Source: Negaprion brevirostris
Lineage: Eukaryota
Direction of reading: 5' to 3'
DNA: 64,000 nucleotides
Assembly: GCA_030324005.1 (NCBI GenBank)
Contig: JARDVH010000163.1
Span: forward strand, 102,280,957-102,344,956
The position numbers were made by a program, and so were the translations under genes. Positions 26,197-39,236 of this stretch are shown here, piece after piece (position 1 is the stretch's first letter; the number at the start of each line of letters is the position of its first letter). Under the pieces are notes generated by a model that saw only the letters and a list, made by a program, of their open reading frames with translations, searched no databases and had not been told where the DNA came from.

Positions 26197-26375
26197 AGTG
26201 CTGGAAATGAAAACAAAATAGAAATTGCTGGAATGTGTACCTCTGTCAATATTTAAAAGCCAATAATGTTTCAGGTGAAGTCCTTCATCAGAATGTAGGA
26301 TCTTTTATCAGAGATCTCAAGCAAATTCTAACCTTATTTCTCTTGAGATGCAGCTGTTCTGTTTTGTGGTTCCAT
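26197..26375. mobile_element. Penelope-derived short element containing a hammerhead-ribozyme-like core
   Basis: aaaacaaaatagaaattgctggaa terminal motif; minus-strand CTGATGA-AGG-acttca-CCT-GAAA at 26269-26291. Confidence 0.5.
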
Positions 26376-26644
26376 TCTGTCTCCTCTTATACTAGGCTTG
26401 CTTAGTTTAATTACCCCCAATATTTGGTTCACTATGAAAGGTTACATGTTTGCTCTAAAACTAGGATAAAGAACTTATTTATTTAATATTAATCTGTTCT
26501 TATTTGAGGAAACTGGATTTCTTGGGAGCAATACATATGAAAATAACACAACTGTGATGGTGAAACAAGTAAATTCAACTCTGAATGAAACATTTTTATG
26601 GCAATATAATGGAATTATAGTTAAACCTCTATTAAGGCATTTTT

Positions 26645-27410
26645 AAAAATTCATTCATGGGATGTGAGCATCAATGGCAAAGTCAGCATTTCTTTCACAT
26701 CCCTTGTTAATTCTTCATCAATTGTGTTTAACTATGGAGGTGGAGAGCATGAATTGGGGTTTCACTTCAGCAAATATGAAGAAACACTGAAACCGTGGTA
26801 TGTTTGAATTAAGGGGTGTATGCTTGTAATGTTTCACTCTGAATAAATGTAAGACTGAATTGAGATTGGATCCATTACTATCCTTCACCCTTTCTGTAAC
26901 ATAACATCCCTAATTGCCCTCAAGTAGATAGTGATGAGCTGCTTTTGAACAGTTATAGTCCATGTGGCAAAAGACAACCACAGTACAGTTAGATAGGAAT
27001 TTCCAGGACCCAACAACAATGAAGAAATTGCATGAATTTGCAAATAAATTTAGGCTGGAATTCTACCACCTCACCTGCCATGGAATTGGCGCAGGCGAGG
27101 ATCCAACAATGGAAATCTCTGTTGATTTCATTGCCTTGTTGAGCAAGGCCATAAAATCCCACCCATAATGTGCAACTTGGAGGGGAACTTGCAGGTGATG
27201 TTGTCCCCATCTTTATTCTTCTTGGTGATAGAGTTGGAGGGTTAGGAGGTGTTGTTAAAGAAATTGTAACAAGTTGCTGCAGTACATTTGATTGACGGTA
27301 CTCAGTGCAGATACCTTGCACCAGTGATAGAGGGAGTGAATGTTTCGGGTGCTGGATGAGATGCCAATCAAGTGGGCTGTTTTGTTCTGGATGGTGGTTT
27401 GCACTTTTGT
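26645..27410 (-). mobile_element. Non-LTR retrotransposon 3' end (CR1/L2-group; family distinct from the main CR1), interrupted
   Basis: attcattcatgggatgtg..catccctaattgccct..gagctgct motif shared with 37585, 48170, 41470 and 63280 copies. Confidence 0.6.
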
Positions 27411-28784
27411 CCATCAGCAATTTATTCATATAACGAGAAAATAAGAATAATAATTTTAGTTCTTCACAAATGGCATAAGAATACACTTAGCAGAGAACGA
27501 ATAGAACACATGTAAGATCCATTAAACTGCATCACTGAATGTACTGTGAGGTTGATTCAAGTCATGCGAGAAGATTCGTGCAATGAGGCTACGGAAAGTT
27601 TTGACCAGGGAAACTTGATTAGCTAATTGGCACCTAGATAAGATAGATACATCTACTGACAGTTACACTAAAGAAAATGTTGGGTGGAATTTTCCCAAAA
27701 CAATTTTAAGGCCTCGAACTTATGACCCCGTGCCACCCAACTTTCAGCGAGGTGAGATGGTAAAGTCTGGTGGGAGATGAAAAATCAGGCTTGAGCCTGG
27801 TTTTGCGTTTCCCCTGATCGTACCGGCACTGTTTTGCCAGCAACAGCAATCCGATTCATGCCCGCCGCAACTTGGATTTTTCCCCTCACAGGCTATATTT
27901 CCGGCTTGATATGCTGACCTATCGACAGGTCTTTCTCATGCATATTCCCCAGAATCAGTGGCTGGCTGAGCTGTTGCCCATATTGCCAAGGGATTTTGTG
28001 CACAAGTACTTAGACAGAGATTGTCCTGTAGCTCCAGAAAATAACTTGTCACAAATTTTCTGCTCAGTTCCAGCAGCCATTACAGTCAGAGGTAAGTACT
28101 GTAGATCAGTTGCTGGAGAAAACCATCAACGAAATCCTTGTCTAAAATGTAGCCCAGGATTCCTTTAGTTTAAATAATACTGCTGCAGTGTCCATCCCGA
28201 ATGTTGCTACCAATAATTTGAGGGCAAATTTTAGCATGGGTTCCATTGTCAGAAGGGCCCTTAATCAGTCACAGAGCCTCATTTATATATATTTATTAGG
28301 CTCTTGCTGCTTTCAGGTGTTTGCTCTAGGTCATTAAAAAGTCAGCTGAGCTAATATGGCATCTGGCATGCTTTTGGTCCAGATTGGGCACAGCCAATCA
28401 CAACATGAAACTTCGAGGCCTAATGCCTATGCTACATAGGAAAATGGGAGAGGAGCTCATGTTGAATTCTTGCCCCCACTGTGTGCGTTTTAAAATCCTT
28501 TCTGTGCAATTCTTATCCTGGTGATAGCTGATGCAATGTATTGTTAAATTCATCTAGCATCCCTATTATGATTCTCTAGAAACTAATCATTGCAGCTGCA
28601 CCTGGCATCTGGAGCTCGCAATTCTATTGAAGGCACATTTGGGTTATGAAGCTCCCAGATAGGGGAAATAATTATGGTTGCACATGTGAATCAATTAACA
28701 GCGCAATGTTAGAAATTACCCATGGAATACACTGAGAATGGATCTATAGACACATACTCGGGCATTCCAACTGCAGTCATAAAT

Positions 28785-29020
28785 TTGATGGAATCATAAA
28801 ATTTTACAGCACAGATGTAAGCCATTTGGCCCATGACACCTGTGCCAACTCTTTGAATGAATGCTATTTAGTCCCTTTTATTTTTTTCTTTTTCAAATAT
28901 TCATAATTTTAAAAGCCATCACAACTATTTCTGGCAGGATGTTCCATGTGTTTACAATCATCTGCATAAAAAATTTCCCTTCATTCCTACATTTCTTCAT
29001 TTCTTCCATTTCTGCTCTCG
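28785..29020 (-). mobile_element. Old CR1 3' fragment
   Basis: gaatcataaaattttacagcacag..gccatttggcccat. Confidence 0.6.
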
Positions 29021-29112
29021 AGTTACTGGCTCAATAATCATACACAGGCTCCCATCTGTCAACAGGATTGTCTGCTGAAATAATAGTTATGGTAGATTCC
29101 TAAAGTCATCAT

Positions 29113-29780
29113 TTAATTTGATTTGATTTATTATAGTCACATGTATTAGTAAACACTGAAAATTATTGTTTATTGCACATTAGACAGACAAAACAGACCA
29201 CACATAGGGAAGGAAAGGAGAGAGTGTAAAATGTAATGTTATAGTCATAGNNNNNNNNNGACCAACTTAATGTGAGGTAGGTCCATTCAAAAGTCTGATG
29301 GCAACAGGGAAGAAGCTGTTTTTGAGTCAGTTGATATGTGCTTTCAGACTTTTGTATCTTTTTCCTGATAGAAGGTGGAGAGCATGTCTGGGGTATGTGA
29401 GGTCCTTGATTATGCTGGCTGCTTTTCCAAGACAGGGGGAAATGTAGACAGTGTCAATGGATGGGGAGGCTAGTTTGAGTAATGGACTGGATTTCATTCA
29501 AGGCCCTTTGTAGTTTTTTGCAGTCTTGGACAGGGCAGGGATTATACCAAGCTGTGATACAACCAGAAAGAATGCTTCCTATGGTGTATCTGCAGAAGTT
29601 GGTAAGAGTTTTAGTAAACGTGCCAAATGTCTTTCGTCTCCTGAGAATGCAGAGGCATTGGTGGGCTTTCTTAACCAGAGCATCTGCAAGGAGGGACCAG
29701 GACAGGTTGTTGGTGATCTGGACACCTAAAAACTTGAAGCTCTCGACCATTTCTACTTCATTCCCATTGATGTAGACAGT
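29113..29780 (-). mobile_element. Rex1/Babar-type LINE 3' end
   Basis: ORF VESFKFLGVQITNNLSWS..VKKAHQ.L..LRR..LTNF.R.TI.SILSGCITAWY..KKLQR is typical of the Rex1/Babar C-terminus; (ATTTG)n tail. Confidence 0.85.
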
Positions 29781-32519
29781 GTAGATAAGGCAGATGAAGT
29801 TAATTTTTTTAATTACAGATAACTATATGATTTAATTTTGACCAGAGATGTTTAAAAATTAATGCATCTATATTTTCCATTTCTAGTTTTAAGTGATTCA
29901 TTATCTGAATGGGCCTCTGCAAGATCACATCCTTGATGCTGTGTGATAAGAAGCACAGTGCAATCAAGAGCAAGTCCAGAGCTCCAGCTCCATTACTTTT
30001 TACATTCCAAGTAAACATATCCGAATGCAGTAAGACATTCTATCCCAGTTCCCTACTTTCCTGACCATTCGTCCACCCACTTAATGGCAAATACCAGGAC
30101 CATTTCTTTGGGACCCCAGCAGCAGCCTCTTTGCTGCCCAAAATCCTGCTGCAGTCAGTTAATGCTTTCCAACAGCTTTGGACATGAGTCTTATGGTGGC
30201 TGTGCAGGTGAAGCTCAGGTGTTGAAGTCTCCTGTGCCTAAGACTACAGGGGGTCATACAGTTGATCATCCACCTTGACTCCTCACCCAACACGGTTTTC
30301 AATCGACCCCTCGCCTGCACAGCTTTCAGTGAGAGTTGCAATCAGGACTATAGTACTGAGTTAGATTGGGGTGCAAGTTCTATGAGTATAGTTNNNNNNN
30401 NNNNNNNNNNNNNNNNNNNNNNNNNNNNNNNNNNNNNNNNNNNNNNNNNNNNNNNNNNNNNNNNNNNNNNNNNNNNNNNNNNNNNNNNNNNNNNNNNNNN
30501 NNNNNNNNNNNNNNNNNNNNNNNNNGCCCATTGCCTGCTGTTATACAGACAAACACAGCATAATGTATTGTATTAATACATCTGCTGAGAAAGATCCGTT
30601 AATGGAGTCCAGAGACTAGTCAAAACAGGAGGATCCTCTTAATAAATGTTGTAGGAGCTTTTGGCTATTAGGTTTGTAGTTTTCTCTGCAAATTGTAGTT
30701 GCAATGTCCTCACTTGCAACAAATTTACTGGCTAACTCTTCACAGCCCCTTACACAAGGAGGAGTCTCTTAAGAGCACAATGGTGGAAGACAAGGAAGTA
30801 TCTTTGGCCGACATTGTAAAGTTCAAATTTATTGTAATTCCTTCCAACAGCAAGTTCTTGTATGAGAAAAATCAGAAGCGCTAAATTTGAGAAGCAAAGA
30901 GGGGCAACTAAGGAATAGGCCAGTACACATTCATGTGCTGGACCCATTAAAACTGAACTATATGGTGCTGTTTGAAACAACATGATTAATATTTCTGATA
31001 GGTTTAGGAATTTTGATCTACTAACGTTCAAAGGTCCCTGACAAATATTTTGCCATGTTTCAATAGCTGAATTGCTCCCTCCAAACGGTCCTGAAGCTGG
31101 ATGTGCTTCATCATAGGTGTGCATAGCAAGATAATTTATCAGGTTATAAAAATACAGAGAATATTGCAAACTGAACTATTTATTGGCTAATACTTAATGT
31201 TGGATTGTATCCTACTGACTCTAACGTTGTCAGGTAATTAAGCGTGCTGTAGCTTTGAAAATGTGATTATTGTTGCCAGTGTCTGAATGCACCTCCCTTG
31301 AGCTGACACTGCTACCGTGTGCTGCTTGGTTGCTTTCTTATTAGAAATGCTGTATTGGTTCATTTGATAAACTGTTTATACAAAGACATCAGCATAATAG
31401 TGGAAGTTCCCTTTATCAATAAATTGGCAGGATGTGGTTTTGTTTTTATACTTCCCACATTTCAGATGGAATTTAATTGAATCGCTCTTGGCGAGTTAGG
31501 TAGCAGGGGNNNNNNNNNNNNNNNNNNNNNNNNNNNNNNNNNNNNNNNNNNNNNNNNNNNNNNNNNNNNNNNNNNNNNNNNNNNNNNNNNNNNNNNNNNN
31601 NNNNNNNNNGGGGTTATTTAATCAGGTGGGAGGGTGGCCTGCCACCAACTCTCCTTCACTCTAATTAAGTCTATGGCGGAAGGGCCCAGTGGCAGCCACC
31701 CTGTCCTGTCACCTTTTGAGGCTCTCAAGTGGGCAATTAATGCTCAGTTAAGGGCCTCACTGCCAGTGATGCTACTAATTCAGCTACTAAGGCAGTTTGG
31801 GAACTAGGCATGTGAGGAACTTGACAAATCCATGTGCAGGTTCCCAGGTTGTCCCATTTTCAAAGGCTCTGATTGAAGGACCTGACATCAGGATGGGGGT
31901 GTAACTGCCGACAGCTACTGACATGACCTTGATGCTGACCCTCCTTACTCACAACTCCAAATTGCAAACTCCTTCCTGCCATCAGTCACCTGTGACCTAG
32001 GTTCCAGTGGTGATACTAGGGCTCAGGTGGATGTTATGTTGGAAACAGATACCGCCCCTCTGATTAGTTGGTAGATCCTGGCCAGCAGGATCACTGTTCC
32101 CGGGTTCTTGATTCCAGGAAAGATCCCCCACTGTACAGTTAACTGTCTGAGTGGTACTTAATCCTGCGGGCCTTCCCTAAAACAGGCAACTTCTTTCCAA
32201 TTTCAAGTACAATGCTGTGTAGAAGAATCATCAGAAGCCAAGGTCAGTTCCCAGAAAAGAACTGAAAAATTGGAAAGGTGACCACCCTGTACTTCTTTCA
32301 GGCACATCCTCTCGGTATTGGTCGAAGCCGTGGAGCAATCTCCAGCTTATCCTCTAATGGGACAATCTCCACCAGATAATATAACAAAAACAGCAAGACC
32401 ATCTCCACCAAAGCAATCTTTGTTTAAAACAACTCATTTAAAAAAAGATAGGTATTAAACTTGTGCCTGTGGGTTAGAACGGACATCCAGTTACGTTCAA
32501 GGTTCTGTGTTACTTTCTA

Positions 32520-33275
32520 GGTTTGTGGATGACACCAAAATTGGTGGTGTGGTGGACAGTGAAGGAGGCTATCTCAGATTACAACGAGATCTTGATCAAC
32601 TGGGCCAGTGGACTGACAAATGGCAGATGGAGTTTAATTCAGATAAATGTGAGGTGTTTCACTTTTGTGAGACCAACCAGGGCAGTGTTTGCACAGTTGA
32701 TGGTAGGTACCGGGGGAGTTTTGTCGAACAAAGAGGTGCAGGTACATAGTTCCTTGAAAGTGACATCACAGGTAGACAGGGTGGCGTTTGTCACACTTGC
32801 CTTCATTGGTCACAGCATTGAATACAGGAGCTGGGACTTACGTTACAACTGTAGATGACATTGGTAAGACCATGCTTGGAGTACTGCATACAGTTCTGGT
32901 CACCCTGCTATAGACAGATGTTATTAAACCGGAAAGGGCGCAAAAAAGATTTACATGTTACCAGACTTGAAGGTTTGAATTATGAGAGGCTGGATAAGCT
33001 GGGACTTTTTTTCCCTTGAGCTTAGGAGAATGAGGGGAGGCCCTATAGAGATTTATAAAATCATGAGGGGTATAGATAAGGTGAATAGCCAAGATTCTTT
33101 CTTCAGTGAAGGGGAGTCCAAAACGAGAGGGCATATGTTTAAGTGACAGGGGAAAGATGTAAAAGGGATCTGTGGGGTAGTCAAACGGGACTAGTTCAGT
33201 TTAGGAAACCTGCTTGGCATGGACAAGTTGGATCTAAGGGCCTGTTTCTGTGCTGTATATCTCTATGATTCTATG
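32520..33275 (+). mobile_element. CR1 LINE 3' portion
   Basis: FVDDTKIGGVVDSE.GYLRLQRDLDQLGQW..KWQMEFN; tail ctctatgattctatg. Confidence 0.9.
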
Positions 33276-33822
33276 GGTGTTGTCTGCCAACAGCCCTCAA
33301 TGTTGCAAATCTTCTTTACTGCTAATAGCATATTCAAACAATCATGAAGATGCAAAGATTTGTAAATGGAGCAGTGGATGTCTGAATTTCAGACAGAAAG
33401 TCTGAGTTAGCTTTTAAATAAATTCGCAAATTCTGCAACAGGCCAGTAAAACACTTCAGAACATGTTGCAAGGAATGTTATTTTAAATAAGAAAATCTAA
33501 GGGTAAGCACAACTAGATTTTAAGGGGTCATTAAATAATCAAGAATGAAGATAATAATCAACACAAGAACTTTGTGTTTTTTAACTAATGTCAAAAAGAT
33601 ATTCAAGAATGAAAAATGGAAAATAATGATAGATGTCTTTTCCAAACAGTAATGCAGAGGAAACTATAATAATGGATGAAGAGAGCACAGAAATAAATTG
33701 TTTGGTATGATAGTCAATGTTTTCTTCAAAAGTGTCCAGATGTAATCCAACTTTCCCCTCTTGCTCAAGCTGTTAATTTACTCTTTCTTAAGTACAAGGG
33801 TTCTGCTTCAATAATAGTTTAA

Positions 33823-33948
33823 GGGTTGAATTTTCCTGTTCTGCCTGCCACGGGAATCATAGCGGGTGGGACAGGACCATGCAAAAGTCCACTGGCCTTG
33901 AGCGGGATTTTCCGGTCTTGGGGTGAGTGTGGCTAGAAAATCCCGCCC
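33823..33948. mobile_element. Harbinger-type MITE (about 126 bp)
   Basis: TIR-like ends GGGTTGAATTTTC / GAAAATCCCGCCC; body related to 56447-56567. Confidence 0.65.
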
Positions 33949-36334
33949 TATGGTGAGGAATTCCACATTCTAATCACCTTTTGTGTGAAGAAGCACCTCC
34001 TGTTTAATTCTTTTTTGCACGTGTCTTACATTTGGATCCTCCCCTTGTGAACGGATGAAAAAAAAATCTACAACTATTTACCTCTGCATAATCTTTTATA
34101 ATCCTGAAGATCTCACTATTGCATCACCCTCTTAACTTTTACAGCTGTAGTGAAAGAAAGCTTTGATTTCTTGAGCCAGTTATTGTAACTGAAATACATC
34201 ACTTCAGATGCAAAATAGTTCAACACAAACTCAAATTCTGTGCCCATTTTGATAACGAGGCCCAGGTCAAATGCCCAGGTGTGCATTGGACCTATACATT
34301 CAGGTGCGGGGACCATTCCCTGCACACCCAATTTTTGACATAAATATAAATTTTACATGGAAGTTAAACTGAATATTAAAGCTACCAAGAATCAAAGCTT
34401 CTACTGAAATTTATAAGCCTGCATTCTGCATTTTGCCAACCAGAAGAACAGATTTTATGATGCCTTTGCCAATTCTATCATACACCTGGACAAACTGACT
34501 ATTTCCCCATGTCAGAGTAAAAACTATCTGATCAGTGTTCAGTGCTTTGTTACAGTATGCCATCAAGATTGTCCATGAACTGTGCGGCCAGATGAATCAA
34601 AAGTAGGAAACAGCTGTCTCAGCAACATTAAACAACATTCTAGCTGCCGGCGTTTTAGTAGCTGTTTGGTTAGTGTGAAGTGGAGGAATATCGTGAATCA
34701 TGAGGCTGAAGGCATCATGGTGGTGTGGAGCAGGCTAAATGGACCATCTTGTCTTCTCCTGACATCATGTTTGTACGCTCATATGTTTGTAAGCCCTTTG
34801 CTTCACTATCATTAAATCTTGAGAATCAGCTGAAGGAAACGCACAATTTCTGCTTCCTTACAAAATATCTGTACAAGGCTAAAGGCTTGTGGATACATCT
34901 CATGATCAGGAGAGCACAAAAATAATTATGTAGGAAACTAAAAACAACATTTTAAAAATTGCAGCTACATGAGGTTCTGTTGTCCAATGAGGCTCTGTTG
35001 TCAAAGTGAACCTAATGTTCATCTGCAATCTGCTTCTCAGGGCCTGATGTGTACACTCGTCAATAGACAGACAGGGACAATTATTCAAAGTGAATGAACA
35101 GAAGACAGTGATCAACAGCACCCAGTGAAAACCTGTGACAGGAGGTCGATGAAGATAATTTATCCAGGCAAGCCTGTTTAACTACTGCACAGAAGAATAA
35201 AACATGAAGGATTCACCTCTGCTACAGTGGCACTGCAAATAAAATCATAAAAAGTAGATTATTTAAATTTAGCTGCTCAATAGAATTTTAGTAGATCTTA
35301 AGAGACAGCGTGCAACTAACCAACTGGGGAAACATTTGATTCCTTATCTAAGGATTAACAGATACAGGTCTTTAACCTTAATGCTCCTGGCAGTATGGTG
35401 AAAGGGCACTGATGAAAGCAAAGTGTAACTGCATGACAAATGTATGCTTGCATTCTTACTGCCTGGTATCAAATCGATGTTTTGTGACATGGTCTTATCA
35501 ATCCTGTCAACAGATATTTGACAGACAAGTAAATTAGCAACGTTCAGGTTCTCAGCATTTGAGACTCAGGTAGTAAGAACTAGGATGAAACTCGAATCAA
35601 GTGAAATATAATTTAATGACTGAAAGCTTTGCATAATTTGCACTAGTAACGTTTTAGACCAAAAACAGTAGTATTTTCAGATTCCTCTGTAGAGGACACT
35701 AACAGTCTATCCAGTGGTTTCTGTGACAATCCTCTTGCCAAGAATATAATAATCTTACTTTTTATGTCTTATACTATCCATTCATTTAACTACACACATC
35801 GCCCTTGCATTCTCTGTGGGTCAAATGTAGGCAAAATCTGTCATATATCTCTGGAATAAGCTGCAGCCCACCGCCCCCCCACCCACCCTCTCTAGACCAA
35901 CCAGCTTAAATAATGCAGTTATAAATCATTAGAATTTCAGACTAAAACTTTGTGTGAATCAATGGTGTTGTGTTTTTTGCAGGGTCACAAATCACACACT
36001 TGAGGCAAGACCAACATAGCAACTAAACATTTAATCAAAATGTGATATTTTCAGTACAAGGCGTGAAAGCCATTCCATCTTACCCATGTTTTGAGTTAGT
36101 AAAAATTACAATAAATTCCAAAGTTTATTATTACATTGCAAAATATAAACGTGCCACTGACTGATTCTTCAACAAAGGACTTTGGACAATCATAGACTAA
36201 GGACTAACTTGAAAGGATATTTTTATTATATATTGCTTAAGTTGAGTAAATATGAACCCGAACGAAATGGCATTCAAAAATTGTGTTTCAACATTTACAA
36301 AAAGTATCTAGAGAAAAAAGAATAACTGACTTAC

Positions 36335-36426
36335 CTGGAATCGGGATAATGGGAATGCTTTCATTAGGAACCACACGTGGTGAACTGCTATCCTCCACAT
36401 AGAAGTGTGCTGTCTGAAAACACTTT
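36335..36426 (-). CDS. PTPRG: PTPRG juxtamembrane exon (92 nt, phase 2 to 1)
   Basis: ttctcctcag|AAAGTGT...ATTCCAG|gtaagt; (R)[30 protein letters not shown](D). Confidence 0.96.
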
Positions 36427-36941
36427 CTGAGGAGAAAATAAACAATGTACTTATTCTCTGAAAAACTGTATGCATGGACCAGAATTTAAGTCTTTGATAT
36501 TGTGGGTGCTTGTAAATAAATCCCTGGCACACTGCCATTATTTGAATTTATAGTTGATTGCTAATCATTCTAAGATTTCTGATGAACCAAAGAATTAAAA
36601 TGACTGTTAGTCTAAATTCTTTCTCTTTCGTTGAAGTGCAGCAACAGCAATATCCACTAGTTTTAAAACCTATCATAGTTACACAACTATCCTATTTTAA
36701 CTTAAAGTTTTATAAAACATTATAAGCCCTCTGTCTTTTATTCTGAGGCCATATGGAACAATGATACAAAACTGAATTACAGCTGCTGAGAAAGAGAAAT
36801 CAATAGATATGCTCCTAAATGGCCTGAAAAGCAGCCTGGGGCCCAAGGAGAATGAAAATATCACATTACAAAGGAGGATTCAAACAAAACAGTTTCTGCC
36901 AGTAAAAGATGTGTGGAACCACAAACCTCCCAATATTTTAC

Positions 36942-37033
36942 CTGTACTTGATGCAAAGTAACGAGCACAAATTGGTCATCATTGAGAAAGCACGGACAAG
37001 AAAATCACACAGAGCTGTGAACAGCCTTTGCAT
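36942..37033 (-). CDS. PTPRG: Putative alternative first coding exon of a short intracellular PTPRG isoform
   Basis: catcaccATG (A at -3), in-frame TAG 27 nt upstream, 30 open codons MQRLFTALCDFLVRAFSMMTNLCSLLCIKY, then AG|gtaaaa phase-2 donor matching the phase-2 acceptor at 36426. Sequence looks non-repetitive. Confidence 0.55.
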
Positions 37034-37584
37034 GGTGATGTTGACTGAAGCTGGACTCTAAAACTCCAGCGTCATTGCTCATCTGATTTAATGACTTTCC
37101 TTGGGCTGGAACTGAATATCAAATGAGCCTCCCTGTGCGCTTGTGACAGGAGGAGGGACTTCTATGTTCATCAGGGGCTTTTAACAAAAGGATTATTATG
37201 CTGCAGTGATGCCCTTAATAAACCGTTTGGGAGCACCAGCATGCAGCCCTAACATTGCTGATTCCTGATTCATGTAAATTTACTGGTCTCACCCTGAAAA
37301 GAAGAAATGCCCTTAATGTTTTTCCAATGCAGTGTTCTGTTATACAGAAGGATCTCACACTGTATAATTGCTGAGCAGTAATTACTGTCTGCTAATTACG
37401 GCACTCACCATAACTCAACTACAGCTAAAGGCGTTGATTATTAGTGGGTGTCTTATTTGGTTTTATCATGCAGGATATTAAAATACTTGGTTATCAGTGT
37501 ACATAGGAATAAATAATACCAATTCCAAATATGCTCGTGACTGTAGTATTCTAAAAACTGTACAGATTCAATTTCTTTTTTTAA

Positions 37585-38570
37585 AATTATTCATTCATAG
37601 AGTGCAGACAATGCAGGTAATGTCCACATTTATTGTCCATCACTAAGTGTCCTTGAGAAGGAAATGACATGAACCTCCATCTTGATTTGCTCCAGTCTGT
37701 ATGGTGAAGCTCTGTTAGAAAGGGAATTCCAGTATTTTGACGATGAACATGATATTTCCAAGAAAGGATGGCCTGTAATTTGAGGAGGAAGTTGGAGATG
37801 TACCTACTGTACTTGTTCATCCAGATTCTTCTAGGCAGTAGAGTTTGCAAGTTTGGGAGTTGCTGTTGAAGAAGTCTTGGGGAGTCACTACAGTGTCTCT
37901 TGCAGATGGGTACACATTAGCCAGGCTGCACCAGTGTGGCAAAAGCAAATGTTTCAGCTAGTGGATAGCATATCAATCAAATGGGCTGCTTTGTTCTTGC
38001 ATGTTGCTGAGCATTTTGTATTGTTGGAGTTGCACTCATTCAGGTAAGTGAGAAACAGCCATAGCCATATGTGCCTGGTAGATGCTGGAAAGGTTGTAGG
38101 CAGGCAGTCTGGAGATCAGTTACCTACTACAGAATTCCCAACCACTAATCCACTCCTATAGTGACAGCTGGCCCAGTTATGTTTCTGGTTGATGGCAACC
38201 CCCAGGATGTTGATGGTGGGGGATTCAATGATGGAATAATGTTGATGTCAAGGGGAACTGGTTAAACTCTCTCCTGGTAAAGATATTCATTGTCTGTGTG
38301 GGCATCAGCATAAACACAAGTGTTGTTCAAGTCTTGCTGCATGTGGGGAGAAGGCTGTTCTACATATCTGAAGTGTGAATGGTACGGAACACTGTATAAT
38401 CATCAGCTAACATCCCCACTTCTGACCGTCTGTTGGATGGAAGGTCATTGTTGAATAGCTGACGATGGCTGGGCCTAGGACACTGCCCTGAGGAATGCCT
38501 GCAGTGATGATTGATTCAGCATAGGCTGGTAGGACAGTAATTAGCCAGATTGGATTTGTCCTGTAACATT
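37585..38570 (-). mobile_element. Non-LTR retrotransposon 3' portion (same family as 26645)
   Basis: Shared 3' end; internal tgggcctaggacactgccctgaggaa reads PQGSVLGP on the minus strand. Confidence 0.75.
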
Positions 38571-39236
38571 TAAATTTATTCTGACTTTTAGTTGAAAAAA
38601 AAGCAAATGTAGCATTTATTTTTATTTAAATAAAGCATTTGAATTATGAACTTTTACAGGATGATTATCAAATTAATTATGGCAATTATAATGTATTTAG
38701 TTATTTTCAAAGATTGCATTAGGAACTGGAAATACTAAAAGTGACCATTCATGCAAATTGTAACAAAAATGTAAGTGAATTAGGATGTATTAGTAAAATT
38801 ACATTCATTAATACTCGACTAGTGTTAAAAGCCAATTAAGTTTCAATCACAACAGATTTAGGTTTCAGCGAAAGAACTGGCCTTAAACAATTGGTATAGG
38901 TTTACAATAAAGTCTGTTAAAAATAATGAGTGCAAGAAAGTCCTCCGAATGTAAGGCACCAATTTTAACCCAGCCTGCTTGCTATGGAGGGGGCAGCTGA
39001 ATGATTAAAGTATCAAAAATTGACGCATTTCTGCTTGGGGCAGTTAACTGTCATTTTAATTGGTTAACTGGAAAATGCACCAAAGGCATCATCCTCAAAC
39101 AAGTAAGTGCCTCATAAAGAATTACAAATCAATGTTACTGGGATCCTGATGCTATGTTAATTGGATAGGACAGCTGATCTGCCATCCTGAGTAAGACTGT
39201 GCAGGATTGGCCTCAGAAACTGACTGACATGACTAG

